A stretch of DNA of 64,000 nucleotides. Source: Nitrosopumilus sp. GTDB lineage: Archaea > Thermoproteota > Nitrososphaeria > Nitrososphaerales > Nitrosopumilaceae. Position numbers and translations under genes: made by a program. A model generated the notes under the pieces. That model saw only the letters and a program-made list of their open reading frames with translations, made no database searches and was not told where the DNA came from. The number at the start of each line of letters is the position of its first letter. Positions within the stretch are counted from its first letter, which is position 1. Shown in pieces: positions 1 through 10,142 of this stretch. The DNA lies in assembly GCA_965219345.1 (NCBI GenBank), contig OZ244732.1, forward strand, positions 512,001 to 576,000, in the 5' to 3' direction.

Positions 1-1015
1 TAGATTTTGTAAGATACATTAATCCACCACATTCAGCATAAATTGGAAGGTTATCTTCAGCCAATTTCTTAATAGTTTTTTTCATAGTTTGATTTTTTCC
101 AAGTAAATTGCCTATAACTTCAGGAAAGCCACCACCAATGTAAATTCCATCACATTTTGGAATTTTTTTATCTTTAACAGGACTAAAAAATTTTAGAGAA
201 GCTCCTTCACGTTGTAATGATTCCAGATTATCTTGGTAGTAGAAATTAAATGAAGTGTCAAGAGCAACTGCAATCGTAGTTTTTGTTTTTTTATGAACAG
301 GTTTTGATTTTTTTGGAAGTTCAATAGGATTTTTCAAAATTTTAACAATTTGATGAATATCTAGAGATTCTGAAATTATTTTTGAAATTTTTTCAATCTT
401 ATTTTTTAGAGTTTTGTTATCTAATGTCGAAATTAATCCAAGATGTCGTGATTCTAGATTTAGTAGTGGGTTTTTTGGAATTACACCAATAACTGGAATT
501 TTAGTTTTTTTCAATGCACTTTTGCATAGAATTTCATGCTTTTTGCTACCAATTTTGTTGAGAATAATTCCAGAAATTCTTGAATTTCTATGAAATTTTT
601 GAAAACCTAGAGCAGTAGCTGCAATAGAACGAGCAGTTTTGCTTGCATCTAAAACTAAGAGTACTGGAGATTTTGTTATAGAAGCTACATGATGAGTGCT
701 TGCATAATTAGAATCTCCATTAAAACCATCATAGTAACCCATTACACCTTCAATTACAGATACATCAGACTTTGAATTAGAAATAAAACTATTCAAAAGT
801 TGATTCTTTCCCATCAACCAAACATCTAAGTTGTATGTTTCACGTTTTGAAATACTTGATAGGTAACTAGGATCAATATAATCAGGGCCTACCTTAAATG
901 GTTGGACTGAATAACCTTGTTTTTGCAAGGCATGAATAATAGAACAAGTAATGGATGTTTTGCCAACCCCACTTGTAGCGCCTGTTAGTATGATTCTTGG
1001 AATTTTCAATTGCAT
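1..1015 (-). CDS. cbiA: cobyrinate a,c-diamide synthase (3' end runs off the window)
   Basis: Manual translation of the minus strand gives MQLKIPRIILTGATSGVGKT...FKVGPDYIDP...IEGVMGYYDG...IYIGGGFPE...YAECGGLMYL; absent from the ORF track because it is incomplete. Confidence 0.93.
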   Translation of the reverse strand, partial: MQLKIPRIILTGATSGVGKTSITCSIIHALQKQGYSVQPFKVGPDYIDPSYLSSISKRETYNLDVWLMGKNQLLNSFISNSKSDVSVIEGVMGYYDGFNGDSNYASTHHVASITKSPVLLVLDASKTARSIAATALGFQKFHRNSRISGIILNKIGSKKHEILCKSALKKTKIPVIGVIPKNPLLNLESRHLGLISTLDNKTLKNKIEKISKIISESLDIHQIVKILKNPIELPKKSKPVHKKTKTTIAVALDTSFNFYYQDNLESLQREGASLKFFSPVKDKKIPKCDGIYIGGGFPEVIGNLLGKNQTMKKTIKKLAEDNLPIYAECGGLMYLTKS

Positions 1016-1097
1016 GATTAGAATCATTTTTTTATTTAAATTGGTTTATTTTTGAGAAATGCTCAATGTTTTTAGTGAGATTAATTGAATACCAGCT

Positions 1098-1631
1098 ATG
1101 GAAAGAGATGGTTTAACCATTGTTTATACCGGGAAAGGTAAAGGAAAGACAACAGCAGCATTAGGAATTGCGTTAAGAGCCACAGGTTGTAAAAAGAAGA
1201 TTTGTATGATTCAGTTCATTAAGGGTTCATGGCATTATGGTGAAATGGATTCATCCAAAAGACTTGAGCCTGAATTTGAAATGATTGCTGTAGGTAAAGG
1301 ATTTGTAGGAATAATAGACGATAAAAGCTCAAAGGAAGATCATAAAAAAATTGCAAAAGAGGCAATTAGAATTAGTAACGAAAAGATTCATTCAGGAAAC
1401 TACGATATTGTCATTTTAGATGAAATTAACTATGCTGTCAATCTTGAACTAATTTCAGTTGATGATGTTCTAAATTTAATCAAATTAAAACCTCCAGGGA
1501 TGGATTTAGTGCTAACAGGAAATTATGCCAAAGACGAAGTAATTGAAATATCTGATCTAGTTACAGAGATGAGAGAGATAAAGCATCCATTTCAACGTGG
1601 TATTAAAGCTAAGAAAGGAATTGATTTCTAA
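1098..1631 (+). CDS. cobO: cob(I)yrinic acid a,c-diamide adenosyltransferase (CobO/BtuR)
   Basis: YTGKGKGKTTAALG P-loop, ILDEI, LVLTG, KHPF...GIDF motifs. Confidence 0.95.
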   Translation: MERDGLTIVYTGKGKGKTTAALGIALRATGCKKKICMIQFIKGSWHYGEMDSSKRLEPEFEMIAVGKGFVGIIDDKSSKEDHKKIAKEAIRISNEKIHSGNYDIVILDEINYAVNLELISVDDVLNLIKLKPPGMDLVLTGNYAKDEVIEISDLVTEMREIKHPFQRGIKAKKGIDF

Positions 1632-1671
1632 CCAGCAACATTAATTTACACACTCATGGGTTTTAGAAGAA

Positions 1672-2469
1672 ATGTCTATCGAAATTCAAGAGATGCCTGA
1701 ACAAGGAGAGATTGTTCTTGCTACGGTTACTAAAGTAATGGATCATGGGTCTTATGTGACATTAGATGAATATGACAATATACAAGGATTTTTACATATT
1801 TCAGAGATTGCTCCAGGTTGGATTAGATCAATAAACAGATTTGTCAAAGATGGGGAGAAAAAAGTTCTACTTGTAAAGAAAGTAAATCTTAAACGAGGAG
1901 ACATTGATCTGTCATTAAAACAAATCTCTAAAGATCAAAAAAAACAAAAACTAAAGGAAGTTAAAAAATTCGAAAAAGGTAAAACGTTATTACAAAATGT
2001 TAAAGAAAAAGCAAAGTTATCAGATAAAGAAGTTGAAAAGTTAGAAGACAGTATTTATTCAAAATTTGATTCAGTTTATGATGCATTTATAGAAATTGGA
2101 AGAAATGGGATTGAGTCTGTTAATGAGCTCAAACTTGCAAAAAAAACTGCAGATGCAATTGAGGGAATTTGCTCTAAAATAAAACTTCCATCCGTTGAAA
2201 TTAGAGGAATTATGGAAATTACAAATGAAAAATCAGATGGGGTAGAAATTATTAAAAAAATCTTAATAGATATACTAAAAAAAAATTCTACTATTGATAT
2301 TACATATTTGGGAGCGCCAAAATATAGACTATCAATTACTTCAGATAATTTCAAATCAGCTGAAAAATTACTAAAGCCAATCATTGCTGAAATTCAAACT
2401 AACATCGAAAAGAAAAAAGGATCATTCAAATTTACTAGAGAAGAGTCAAAGAAAACCAGAGAAAATTAA
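1672..2469 (+). CDS. eif2a: translation initiation factor 2 alpha subunit
   Basis: N-terminal S1 domain (GFLHISEIAPGWI, RGDIDLSLK), GAPKYR; followed by nop10. Confidence 0.95.
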   Translation: MSIEIQEMPEQGEIVLATVTKVMDHGSYVTLDEYDNIQGFLHISEIAPGWIRSINRFVKDGEKKVLLVKKVNLKRGDIDLSLKQISKDQKKQKLKEVKKFEKGKTLLQNVKEKAKLSDKEVEKLEDSIYSKFDSVYDAFIEIGRNGIESVNELKLAKKTADAIEGICSKIKLPSVEIRGIMEITNEKSDGVEIIKKILIDILKKNSTIDITYLGAPKYRLSITSDNFKSAEKLLKPIIAEIQTNIEKKKGSFKFTREESKKTREN

Positions 2470-2470
2470 A

Positions 2471-2626
2471 ATGAGATTTCAATTAAGAAAATGTTCAAAA
2501 TGTAATCATTATACACTAAAAGAAAAATGTCCTAAATGTAACGAAGAAACAATTTCTGTACATCCGGCTAAATTTTCGCCTGATGACAAATACATGAGAT
2601 ACAGATTAGCTGAGAGATATAACTAG
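2471..2626 (+). CDS. nop10: H/ACA RNP protein Nop10
   Basis: MRFQLRKCSKCNHYTLKEKCPKC...HPAKFSPDDKYMRYR; start reassigned to the ATG at 2471. Confidence 0.93.
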   Translation: MRFQLRKCSKCNHYTLKEKCPKCNEETISVHPAKFSPDDKYMRYRLAERYN

Positions 2627-2650
2627 GATTTTAGGAAGTCAAGTTGGAAA

Positions 2651-3106
2651 TTACGGAGAATATTTTCCTTCTAGTCTAGTTTCTGCAATTATATGATTCT
2701 TCATAGCTTTTTCTATTTGCTTTTTAGTTGAGTCTTTATCAACATCCAATTTTTGATCTAATGCATATAGTTTGAAGATGTATGTATGTTCTTTATCTGG
2801 AGGAGCTGGTCCGCCATAACCAATTTCTCCAAAATCAGTTTCGCCTTGAAGACAATTTGATGGAATAGAATTTTCTTTAAATTCTACAACATTAGGTTCA
2901 ATATTCCACAAAACCCAATGTACCCAAACTTTTCCAACAGCACCCATAGCATCAGGATCATCCATTATAAGAGCTAGAGACGATGTATTTTCAGGAACAC
3001 CACTAATCTTTAGAGGAGGACTTTGATTTCCATTTTTATAACCATATTTTCTAGGTATCACTTGCCCACTATCAAATGCATCACTTTCTAAAATAAAATT
3101 ACTCAT
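2651..3106 (-). CDS. YbhB/YbcL family PEBP (Raf kinase inhibitor-like) protein
   Basis: DDPDA, WVHWVLWNI, YGGPAPP, HTYIFKLYALD motifs. Confidence 0.92.
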   Translation of the reverse strand: MSNFILESDAFDSGQVIPRKYGYKNGNQSPPLKISGVPENTSSLALIMDDPDAMGAVGKVWVHWVLWNIEPNVVEFKENSIPSNCLQGETDFGEIGYGGPAPPDKEHTYIFKLYALDQKLDVDKDSTKKQIEKAMKNHIIAETRLEGKYSP

Positions 3107-3140
3107 ATTAGAATTTAGAAATGCTCAAAGTTAAATTTTT

Positions 3141-3509
3141 CTAAGATTCTAAAACTATTTTATCATTTGAAAAAGACATAATAGAACTTCCAAGATTCTT
3201 GATCTGTTTTTTTAGTTCTTTATCCATTGTGGCAACAATTACTTTGTTGTTTAAAACATAACCAAGTAACTCTTTATCAGCAAATGTACCAAGGATAGGG
3301 ATTGTTTTGAAATTTTTTATGTGATTAAGAGTTGATTGAATATCTTGATTTTTTTCTGGGTTTTTTGCTAATTCGGATAACTCATTTTTTACAACCTGTG
3401 GTACAACAAAAGTGATTTGGCCAATTTCTACATCAAGATTATCAATATTTTTGATTCTTCTAGTTGCCAGATGAATTAGAAAATTTGTGTCACAGATTAC
3501 TTCAACCAA
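3141..3509 (-). CDS. PIN-domain protein (Fcf1/Utp24-like)
   Basis: VICDTNFL, V..EL, AD, VATMDKELK; conserved position downstream of aIF2-gamma. Confidence 0.85.
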   Translation of the reverse strand: MVEVICDTNFLIHLATRRIKNIDNLDVEIGQITFVVPQVVKNELSELAKNPEKNQDIQSTLNHIKNFKTIPILGTFADKELLGYVLNNKVIVATMDKELKKQIKNLGSSIMSFSNDKIVLES

Positions 3510-4764
3510 CTATTCCTGCACCAATCAGTCTCCATCTTTCAGCAATTCTCCTACTAATTGCCACATTTCCGCCTTCAAAGATGCAGGCAGGTCTCCTAAG
3601 TTCAATCTCAATACTTTTGGATTTTATTTTGTTAACCTTACCCAATACAGGAGCAGTTCCAATATTTAGTCGAAGTAGTTCACCTGATTGAATTGGTTGG
3701 ACTTTAACATCCTCAGTAATTCCTACTGCAGAATCAAATAGATTCACTTCTAGTTTTAATTGTGAGAAATTTTCAGGAAGTGTATCAGGTTTTCCAATAA
3801 CTGACCCGATAAATGAATCACTTCTAGTCATAGAAGGATCTAATTTTGTTCCAATGGCAACCAAGCCACCTGGCTTTACTGATTTAACAATTCCTGCGGC
3901 TGTTCCTAGAGAAATAATTTCTGTCACTAAAGGTTCGTAAGACTTTTTTTTCTCATTCATAACACCAGGTTTAATTTCAATTTCATCACCAACATTGAAA
4001 ACTCCTTGGGTTAGGCTTCCACCAATGACACCTCCTTTAATATTTTTTAATTTCGTACCAGGTTTGTTTACATCAAAAGAACGTAAAACATGCATAACAG
4101 TATCTTTTTTTTCATCTCTTTCAGGTGTTTTGATTGTTGATTCTATAGAGCTAATTAATGCATTAGTATTCAATCCAGATTGTGCAGAAATAGGAATAAT
4201 AGGTGAGTTTGCAGCATGAGTTCCTTTGACAAATTTTGTTATATCTTGATAGTTTGCTAATACTTCTTTGTAAGAGAGTAGATCAACTTTGTTTTGGACT
4301 ACAACTATTTGTTTAATTCCAAGAGTTTGGAGGGCTAAAAGATGTTCTTTTGTTTGTGGTTTAGGAACTTTCTCATTTGCAGCAACCAATAGTAAAGCAC
4401 CATCCATCAAGGCAGAACCTGAAAGCATATTTGCCATCAAACTTTCGTGTCCAGGACTATCCACAAAACTTACAACTCTAGATAATTCACTTTTCTTTCC
4501 ACAATTATTGCATTTTGGGGTTGTAGAATATCCTAAAGATTCCTCACAACTTTTGCATTTGTAGAATGCAGCATCAGAGTATCCCACACGAATAGTAATT
4601 CCACGTTTTAGTTCTTGGCTATGTACACTTGTCCATGAACCAGTTAATGCCTGAATAAGAGTAGTTTTGCCGTGATCTACATGACCAGCAGTTCCAATGT
4701 TAACACATGGTTGATACCCATATTTTTTAATGTACCAATCAGGAAGTGTTTCTCTCCAATGCAT
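3502..4764 (-). CDS. eif2g: translation initiation factor 2 gamma subunit
   Basis: GHVDHGKTT, RGITI, zinc ribbon, DSPGHE, NKVD, RWRLIG. Confidence 0.97.
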   Translation of the reverse strand: MHWRETLPDWYIKKYGYQPCVNIGTAGHVDHGKTTLIQALTGSWTSVHSQELKRGITIRVGYSDAAFYKCKSCEESLGYSTTPKCNNCGKKSELSRVVSFVDSPGHESLMANMLSGSALMDGALLLVAANEKVPKPQTKEHLLALQTLGIKQIVVVQNKVDLLSYKEVLANYQDITKFVKGTHAANSPIIPISAQSGLNTNALISSIESTIKTPERDEKKDTVMHVLRSFDVNKPGTKLKNIKGGVIGGSLTQGVFNVGDEIEIKPGVMNEKKKSYEPLVTEIISLGTAAGIVKSVKPGGLVAIGTKLDPSMTRSDSFIGSVIGKPDTLPENFSQLKLEVNLFDSAVGITEDVKVQPIQSGELLRLNIGTAPVLGKVNKIKSKSIEIELRRPACIFEGGNVAISRRIAERWRLIGAGIVG

Positions 4765-4795
4765 GAGTCAAAATGTAGAATTGGTATATGTTAAG

Positions 4796-5206
4796 TTATT
4801 CTTTTTTATCTTCAGTTTTTTCTTCTGTGGACTCTGTTGCATCTTCAGTTGGTGTTTCAACTGGTAATTCTCCATCAAATTTACAATTTACTTGATAGAT
4901 TTCTTCTGATACTGTATTTCCACGCATTAATTTTCTTACTCTTTGTCCAGTCTCTGCAGCTTGCAAACCTACTCCTTTAGAAAGTAAAACATATTTTCTT
5001 ATTGCACCATGAATATCATTTCTCATAGGAACACCAGATTTGTCACTTCCTCCAGTGAGTTTTAATTTTCCATTTAGCCCTACAATTGCTGCATCAGTTT
5101 CATTACCTAGTTGTAATCCTAGTATGGGATTTGCATCGCTGTCTTTAAGTTCCTTTGAAACAGATTTTCCCTTAATATCTGAGATTGTAAGTTTGAAGTT
5201 AGCCAA
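4796..5206 (-). CDS. rps6e: 30S ribosomal protein S6e
   Basis: LTGGSDKSGVPMR, G.RVRKLMRGN; probable TTG start at 5206. Confidence 0.95.
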   Translation of the reverse strand: MANFKLTISDIKGKSVSKELKDSDANPILGLQLGNETDAAIVGLNGKLKLTGGSDKSGVPMRNDIHGAIRKYVLLSKGVGLQAAETGQRVRKLMRGNTVSEEIYQVNCKFDGELPVETPTEDATESTEEKTEDKKE

Positions 5207-5279
5207 GTATTCCAAAAAAAGTTGAACGACTAATTAACCTTTGGACATTATTTTTAAATCAAGATTCACAAAGACGGAC

Positions 5280-5402
5280 ATGGTAAAAGACATTAGATGC
5301 CCAAAATGTGATAACAGGATGGTAGATATACAAGCTTGTCATATGTTTTGTCCCAACTGTGGATCCCATTTAGATTGCTCAGATAAAGGAAATTATTGGT
5401 AA
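5280..5402 (+). CDS. 40-aa Cys-rich zinc-finger microprotein (CPxCG type)
   Basis: Manual translation MVKDIRCPKCDNRMVDIQACHMFCPNCGSHLDCSDKGNYW; TTTTTAAAT TATA-like box about 25 nt upstream. Confidence 0.75.
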   Translation: MVKDIRCPKCDNRMVDIQACHMFCPNCGSHLDCSDKGNYW

Positions 5403-5576
5403 TTAGATTCCAGGTCTATCTGGAATATAGTCAGATACCATATTCATTGCATGATCTTTCATAATTTCAAGATAGGTATCGTAGTCTGCTTCAAAGTTGC
5501 AGTGAGGGCATTTTACCTTTGTAATTTCGTCATCTAAAATTGCGACTTTTTCGCACTCTGGGCATCTTGCATCCAT
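5403..5576 (-). CDS. 57-aa zinc-ribbon microprotein
   Basis: Manual translation MDARCPECEKVAILDDEITKVKCPHCNFEADYDTYLEIMKDHAMNMVSDYIPDRPGI; two CxxC motifs. Confidence 0.78.
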   Translation of the reverse strand: MDARCPECEKVAILDDEITKVKCPHCNFEADYDTYLEIMKDHAMNMVSDYIPDRPGI

Positions 5577-5628
5577 GTTTTAGTTTCCCAATCAAGATAT
5601 TTAATCATAATTATTGAATATGTCCTAA

Positions 5629-5702
5629 GCGGAGTTAGTTTAGTCTGGTATAACGTCAGCTTCCCAAGCTGAAGGCCGCGGGTTCAAATCCCGCACTCCG
5701 CA
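5629..5702 (+). tRNA. tRNA-Gly (anticodon CCC), no intron, CCA not encoded
   Basis: Acceptor stem GCGGAGT/ACTCCGC, anticodon arm TCAGC-TTCCCAA-GCTGA, T arm GCGGG-TTCAAAT-CCCGC. Confidence 0.97.
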
Positions 5703-6671
5703 TCATAGTTCTCTAATTGCTTGTTCTATTACTCCTCTATCTGGAGCTCGTGGAAGATATTTCAAATAACTTTTGAGATCTTCTTTTGCGTCAGAATTTT
5801 TGTTTTGTTTTTCTCGAAGATAAGCACGGTTTTTGTAAATTTTAGCAGATCTTTTTGGATCAATTTCAATAGCTTTGGTATAATAACTCTCTGCCTTTTC
5901 AAATTGATTTGTTTTAAGATAAAAATTTCCCAAGCCGTTACAAGTTAGATATGATCTGTTATTGATTTCTAGGCATTTTTCATAAAACTTGACACATTCA
6001 GAAGAATTTTGTTCATTCATCATCGCACCCAATAAATATAGAGCAGTTGAGTTGTTTGGATTAAGTTCTATGGCTTGCTTTAATGATTCAAGTGTTTCGG
6101 AAGAATTCTTTAAAATATTTGATCTTTCGGAGACAAAACACAGCCTATTTGATTTGTCAGTAGAATCATTTTCAAGTCGTACAGAAGATAAGACTTTTGA
6201 TGGGGCCAACGTTATCAATAATCTTCCCTCTTCTGACCATTCCTTATCAAAGATATCCTGTGGGATAGCTCCTTCTTGTTGTTCTCCTTCTTGATTACCT
6301 TTCTGAATATAATGAAGAATTATCTTTTCTTCATCATTATAACCGGTAATGACGGAAGCATGTTGTGTAATTTCTGGAATTCCTGGAAGAATAACAATTG
6401 GAGGTATTCCAGAATCAACAATTTTTTTTAATTCAGATAAAGATGAATTTACTATTTTGCATGTTAAACCATGTCTTTCTGCGGATTCTATTCCTTCAAT
6501 TAGAATACTACCATTAAATCCTGAATATTTCTTTGTAGTTTCTATGGATTCGGCTATAGGTAGTTCAATATTCCAATATTTTGATACCACGTTAATGGGT
6601 AATGGAAGACAAATATTTTCTTCATCAATAAGAGGTAAAAATAATTCATGGTCTTCTTGTTCCATTAACAA
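5703..6671 (-). CDS. peptidase C39-like domain plus TPR repeat protein
   Basis: N-terminal CLP..INVVSKYW and QHASVITGYND; C-terminal TPRs (AIELNPNNSTALYLLG, YTKAIEIDPK). Confidence 0.75.
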   Translation of the reverse strand: MLMEQEDHELFLPLIDEENICLPLPINVVSKYWNIELPIAESIETTKKYSGFNGSILIEGIESAERHGLTCKIVNSSLSELKKIVDSGIPPIVILPGIPEITQHASVITGYNDEEKIILHYIQKGNQEGEQQEGAIPQDIFDKEWSEEGRLLITLAPSKVLSSVRLENDSTDKSNRLCFVSERSNILKNSSETLESLKQAIELNPNNSTALYLLGAMMNEQNSSECVKFYEKCLEINNRSYLTCNGLGNFYLKTNQFEKAESYYTKAIEIDPKRSAKIYKNRAYLREKQNKNSDAKEDLKSYLKYLPRAPDRGVIEQAIREL

Positions 6672-6699
6672 AAGAAATTTTGAGAGTTATTAAAATCAA

Positions 6700-7242
6700 T
6701 CAGAGGGAACAGAATTTTTCAATCAAATCGTGACCATCTTGACTCATTTCTGGATGAAATTGAGTTCCAAAAATTAGCTTTTTTTCATATTGGATGATTT
6801 CATATTTACAATACTTTGATTCTGCAAGTGGAATTAATGTACTAGGTAGTTTAGATATCTCAAACCCATGACTTTCAAAGACATCTAAAGAGTCACTAGA
6901 GATTGGGTTTGCTTTGAAAATTTTGATCGTTTCATTTCCTTTGTGAAGTGATAAAGTCTTTCTAATTGTTCCTCCTAAAGTAAGAGCTAAGATTTCTGCA
7001 CCATAACAAATTCCAAGTAATTTTGTATTATTTTTAATTGAACAAGTAATAATTTTGGAATTGATTTCATTAATCTTTTTTTCATTTTTTCTTCTTCCAG
7101 ATAAAATTATGGAATCATAATTTTCAAGTGAGATTAATTCTAAAAGTTGAGGAGTTTGTTCTTTGAATAAAATATTTTTTTCGTTTAGAAAATCAGTTAA
7201 GTTTTTTGTATAGATAGAACCGTTATCAACAACAAGGAGCAA
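6700..7242 (-). CDS. class I glutamine amidotransferase (GMP synthase subunit A-like)
   Basis: VVDNGS, LGICYG, GTQFHPE catalytic triad. Confidence 0.88.
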   Translation of the reverse strand: MLLVVDNGSIYTKNLTDFLNEKNILFKEQTPQLLELISLENYDSIILSGRRKNEKKINEINSKIITCSIKNNTKLLGICYGAEILALTLGGTIRKTLSLHKGNETIKIFKANPISSDSLDVFESHGFEISKLPSTLIPLAESKYCKYEIIQYEKKLIFGTQFHPEMSQDGHDLIEKFCSL

Positions 7243-10095
7243 TTAGTTGCCTACCTCAATTGAAACATAATGCATCTCAGTGATTTCATCTTTGACAAAT
7301 ACTGTTCCAATATTGAGATTAGTTTCTTCTTGCCACATGAATACTCTATCACTGCGTGGCTTTACAAAGTCATCAATAAATCTGGATAGGAATTCTTCAG
7401 TACCTGCACGATCATTTTCAGTAAAGAAGAATAGTTGTCCTTCATTAAATGAAAGTGGAACTTGAACAGATGTTGGTTCAGCAATTGTAATCTCATTTAC
7501 TTCAAAAACGGATTTTATGATATCAATTCTGTCATTTCTAACTAGTTCAACAGAATCATCATCCATAGTTGCGGTTGGTGCCACACCAGAAACTTTCTTC
7601 AAGTATGCTTCAAATGCTTGTTCTTGGGTTTCGCCTAGACCAACAAAGTATTCTCCATTAAATGCTGCCCCAACTGCTGCAATAGTACCTATTTGGGCAA
7701 CCACTCCACCAGCACCGGCAGTGTATACTGTGATAAAGTATACGTCATGATCACCTACACGATACAAGATGTTATCACCAATTCTTGGATTTCGCAAGAG
7801 TGTCTTTAGTTGAGCAAAGTCTGGGTCTCTATCAAGTGCCTCTCTAACTGCGGTAGGACCAATCAACTTAGTTGTAGAATTTAGTGGGACTTCAAAGAAC
7901 TGCAAGTTCCCTAGATTAGAAAGATCATTTTCAACTATCATATATCCTGCAAGGTTTCTGCCCTGAGAGCCTCTTAATTCCAATGAGAGTAATCCTACAA
8001 ATTCAGTTTGTTCAAAACCAAGTGGTTTTGCTTCAACATAGTAAGTATCAAGACCTCGTGGAATTTCATAGAATTCGTTTGCTTGAATAAATGTCTCAAC
8101 ATTAGTTACATGGTAAATATTGTACATCTCTGTTTTCCAATTAAACAGTTCAACAGGATATCGGATTTGTTCTTCTAACCAAACTGGCATTGGTATAAAT
8201 CGTTCAGAGTATTGATCAGAAAATATTTCTGAGAAGAAATCATCTCCAGTCTTAATTAGTTGAATATTACCATCGTATGTATCTACAAGTGCATAACCTA
8301 CCAAACGTAAGTAGGGATTTCCAACAGACCAAGGAACATCGTTGGTATCAAATCCAATAATTAATGGAATTAGCCAATAGGAATTTGTTCCGTCAGTAAC
8401 AGGAATTGAGTCTAATTCTTTTCCAAACAAATTATAGAGGAAGTAAGGATACAGGATTTCCATTCTTTCGTGAACGTCTTTGTATCTCATAATATGGACT
8501 GGTTCAGCTGGAAATGAAAGCAAAAAGTTTGGCTCAAAGGTCCAACTTAGTGGTGGCGAAACATCCAATCCACCTAAACCTGAATAGAGCGCTCCTCCAA
8601 GCTCAGCACTTTCCGAGCCTCTCGAAATAGGATAACCAGACCAGGTTTGCTCAAATAGTCCACCCTCACCATAGTAAATTTCTCTTTGTTTGAAAAATTC
8701 ACTGCTATCAACAATCTGACCATCAGTTGCTTCAAGAGTAAGGAATCCGTTTGGGACATGAGTATAGACAAGATGCTCGTTATACCATCTGTTTTCAGCG
8801 CTTACAGATGTTGGTAGAATTGGCTTCATAGAAGCAGTCCAATACAAAGTATTGTTAAAGCGAAGAATATCATTATCTTCAAAGTCAACATATGGAATAA
8901 GTCCAATTTCAGGCTTTAGTTTGGCAAGAGCCCCTTCCCAATCCCAAACTCGAATTACGTCAAGAACATCACTGTTTTGTTGTACATAATTACTGATATT
9001 ATCAGGAGAAACAGATGTTAGTTGTACATCATGAACAGTTTCTTGTACATTGTTTAATTCACCAAGATATTGATTTACTCCAATTTGTTGAGCTGTGTAT
9101 GGTCCTAAATATTCAATCTTCTTTGCATCAGCAATACTGTTGTTAACAGAAAAAACTCCTGCTACAATAATTGCGATTGCAATAATTGTTAAAATTCTAA
9201 TGTATACATCTCTCTTAAACATATGAGTTAGAACACGTGCTCGAATTCTATCAACTGCTGAAAATGCAATTAGTGCAAAACCTATGACAAGTATGCCACC
9301 AATCAAATACCTTGAATTATAATCTATTTGATCTGTAAAGAAGAGATTAAAGCCTGCCCAGAGGATACCAATACCAATTACTCCTTCAAGAGTTGAAACA
9401 TAGTTTAGATATCGAGGTTTTCCTTCATTAGAGTCATGAATAAACAAAGTTGCAATATGAATAATTTTATGAATCCCTACATACAAAACTAAACGTAGGC
9501 CAATTGCTGCAAGTAATGGTGGAATCAATATCACAAGAGCAGGGATCATTGGAACAACATTTTCAACTGCATAATTTTGATCAGTTTCAGGAGTTACAAA
9601 TGGTAGAGAAAATAAATTTGGTAGATGTTCAATTCCAAGAGTATTTCCATCAATAAAGGAAACTGCTGCAAATCCAAACATAATATTTGCAAAGAATGTT
9701 CCAAAAAGCAAAATCTTGGTAATTTGCCAGATAACAAATTGTGGAGGAGTTATCTTGTAGTCTCTAAAATTTGGTATATCACTTGCGATAGGTTGTTGTC
9801 CTCCTCTACCAAGAAATCCAATTGCTGTACTGATGGCATACCAGAAAATTGAAGATCTACCGGCAATATTTACACGTACAAGGGCAATTGCAGATAGAAT
9901 AATTGTAGAGACAATGGTGTAAAAGAGAGGTTTGGTGAATTGTTCGCCAAATTCAGTGAAATTCATTGATAAAACCACTGCCTGATTTCCAACTAGAGCA
10001 AAAATTACAACTCCTATTATGGCAACAATGCCTAATCTGATGAATTTTCCAGCATCAGGAGGTGGAGTCTGTTTGTCAGTAGAGGCGCTATACAA
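7243..10095 (-). CDS. UPF0182 (COG1615) family membrane protein
   Basis: Multi-TM N-terminal half, IRVWD, W.NEHLVYTH, IYYGE, DTYDG, IRYP motifs. Confidence 0.85.
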   Translation of the reverse strand: MYSASTDKQTPPPDAGKFIRLGIVAIIGVVIFALVGNQAVVLSMNFTEFGEQFTKPLFYTIVSTIILSAIALVRVNIAGRSSIFWYAISTAIGFLGRGGQQPIASDIPNFRDYKITPPQFVIWQITKILLFGTFFANIMFGFAAVSFIDGNTLGIEHLPNLFSLPFVTPETDQNYAVENVVPMIPALVILIPPLLAAIGLRLVLYVGIHKIIHIATLFIHDSNEGKPRYLNYVSTLEGVIGIGILWAGFNLFFTDQIDYNSRYLIGGILVIGFALIAFSAVDRIRARVLTHMFKRDVYIRILTIIAIAIIVAGVFSVNNSIADAKKIEYLGPYTAQQIGVNQYLGELNNVQETVHDVQLTSVSPDNISNYVQQNSDVLDVIRVWDWEGALAKLKPEIGLIPYVDFEDNDILRFNNTLYWTASMKPILPTSVSAENRWYNEHLVYTHVPNGFLTLEATDGQIVDSSEFFKQREIYYGEGGLFEQTWSGYPISRGSESAELGGALYSGLGGLDVSPPLSWTFEPNFLLSFPAEPVHIMRYKDVHERMEILYPYFLYNLFGKELDSIPVTDGTNSYWLIPLIIGFDTNDVPWSVGNPYLRLVGYALVDTYDGNIQLIKTGDDFFSEIFSDQYSERFIPMPVWLEEQIRYPVELFNWKTEMYNIYHVTNVETFIQANEFYEIPRGLDTYYVEAKPLGFEQTEFVGLLSLELRGSQGRNLAGYMIVENDLSNLGNLQFFEVPLNSTTKLIGPTAVREALDRDPDFAQLKTLLRNPRIGDNILYRVGDHDVYFITVYTAGAGGVVAQIGTIAAVGAAFNGEYFVGLGETQEQAFEAYLKKVSGVAPTATMDDDSVELVRNDRIDIIKSVFEVNEITIAEPTSVQVPLSFNEGQLFFFTENDRAGTEEFLSRFIDDFVKPRSDRVFMWQEETNLNIGTVFVKDEITEMHYVSIEVGN

Positions 10096-10142
10096 AACTA
10101 AATTTTGTTGTGATTTGGTAAATTAATGTCTTACCAGCAAAA

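Noticed and set aside
2384-2470. N-terminal extension of Nop10 in the ORF track
   Set aside because: It overlaps the aIF2-alpha 3' end; the Nop10 motif begins at ATG 2471
5629-5702. tRNA-Gly as an integration site
   Set aside because: No duplicate of its 3' end and no integrase was seen in the window; the flanks are ordinary genes
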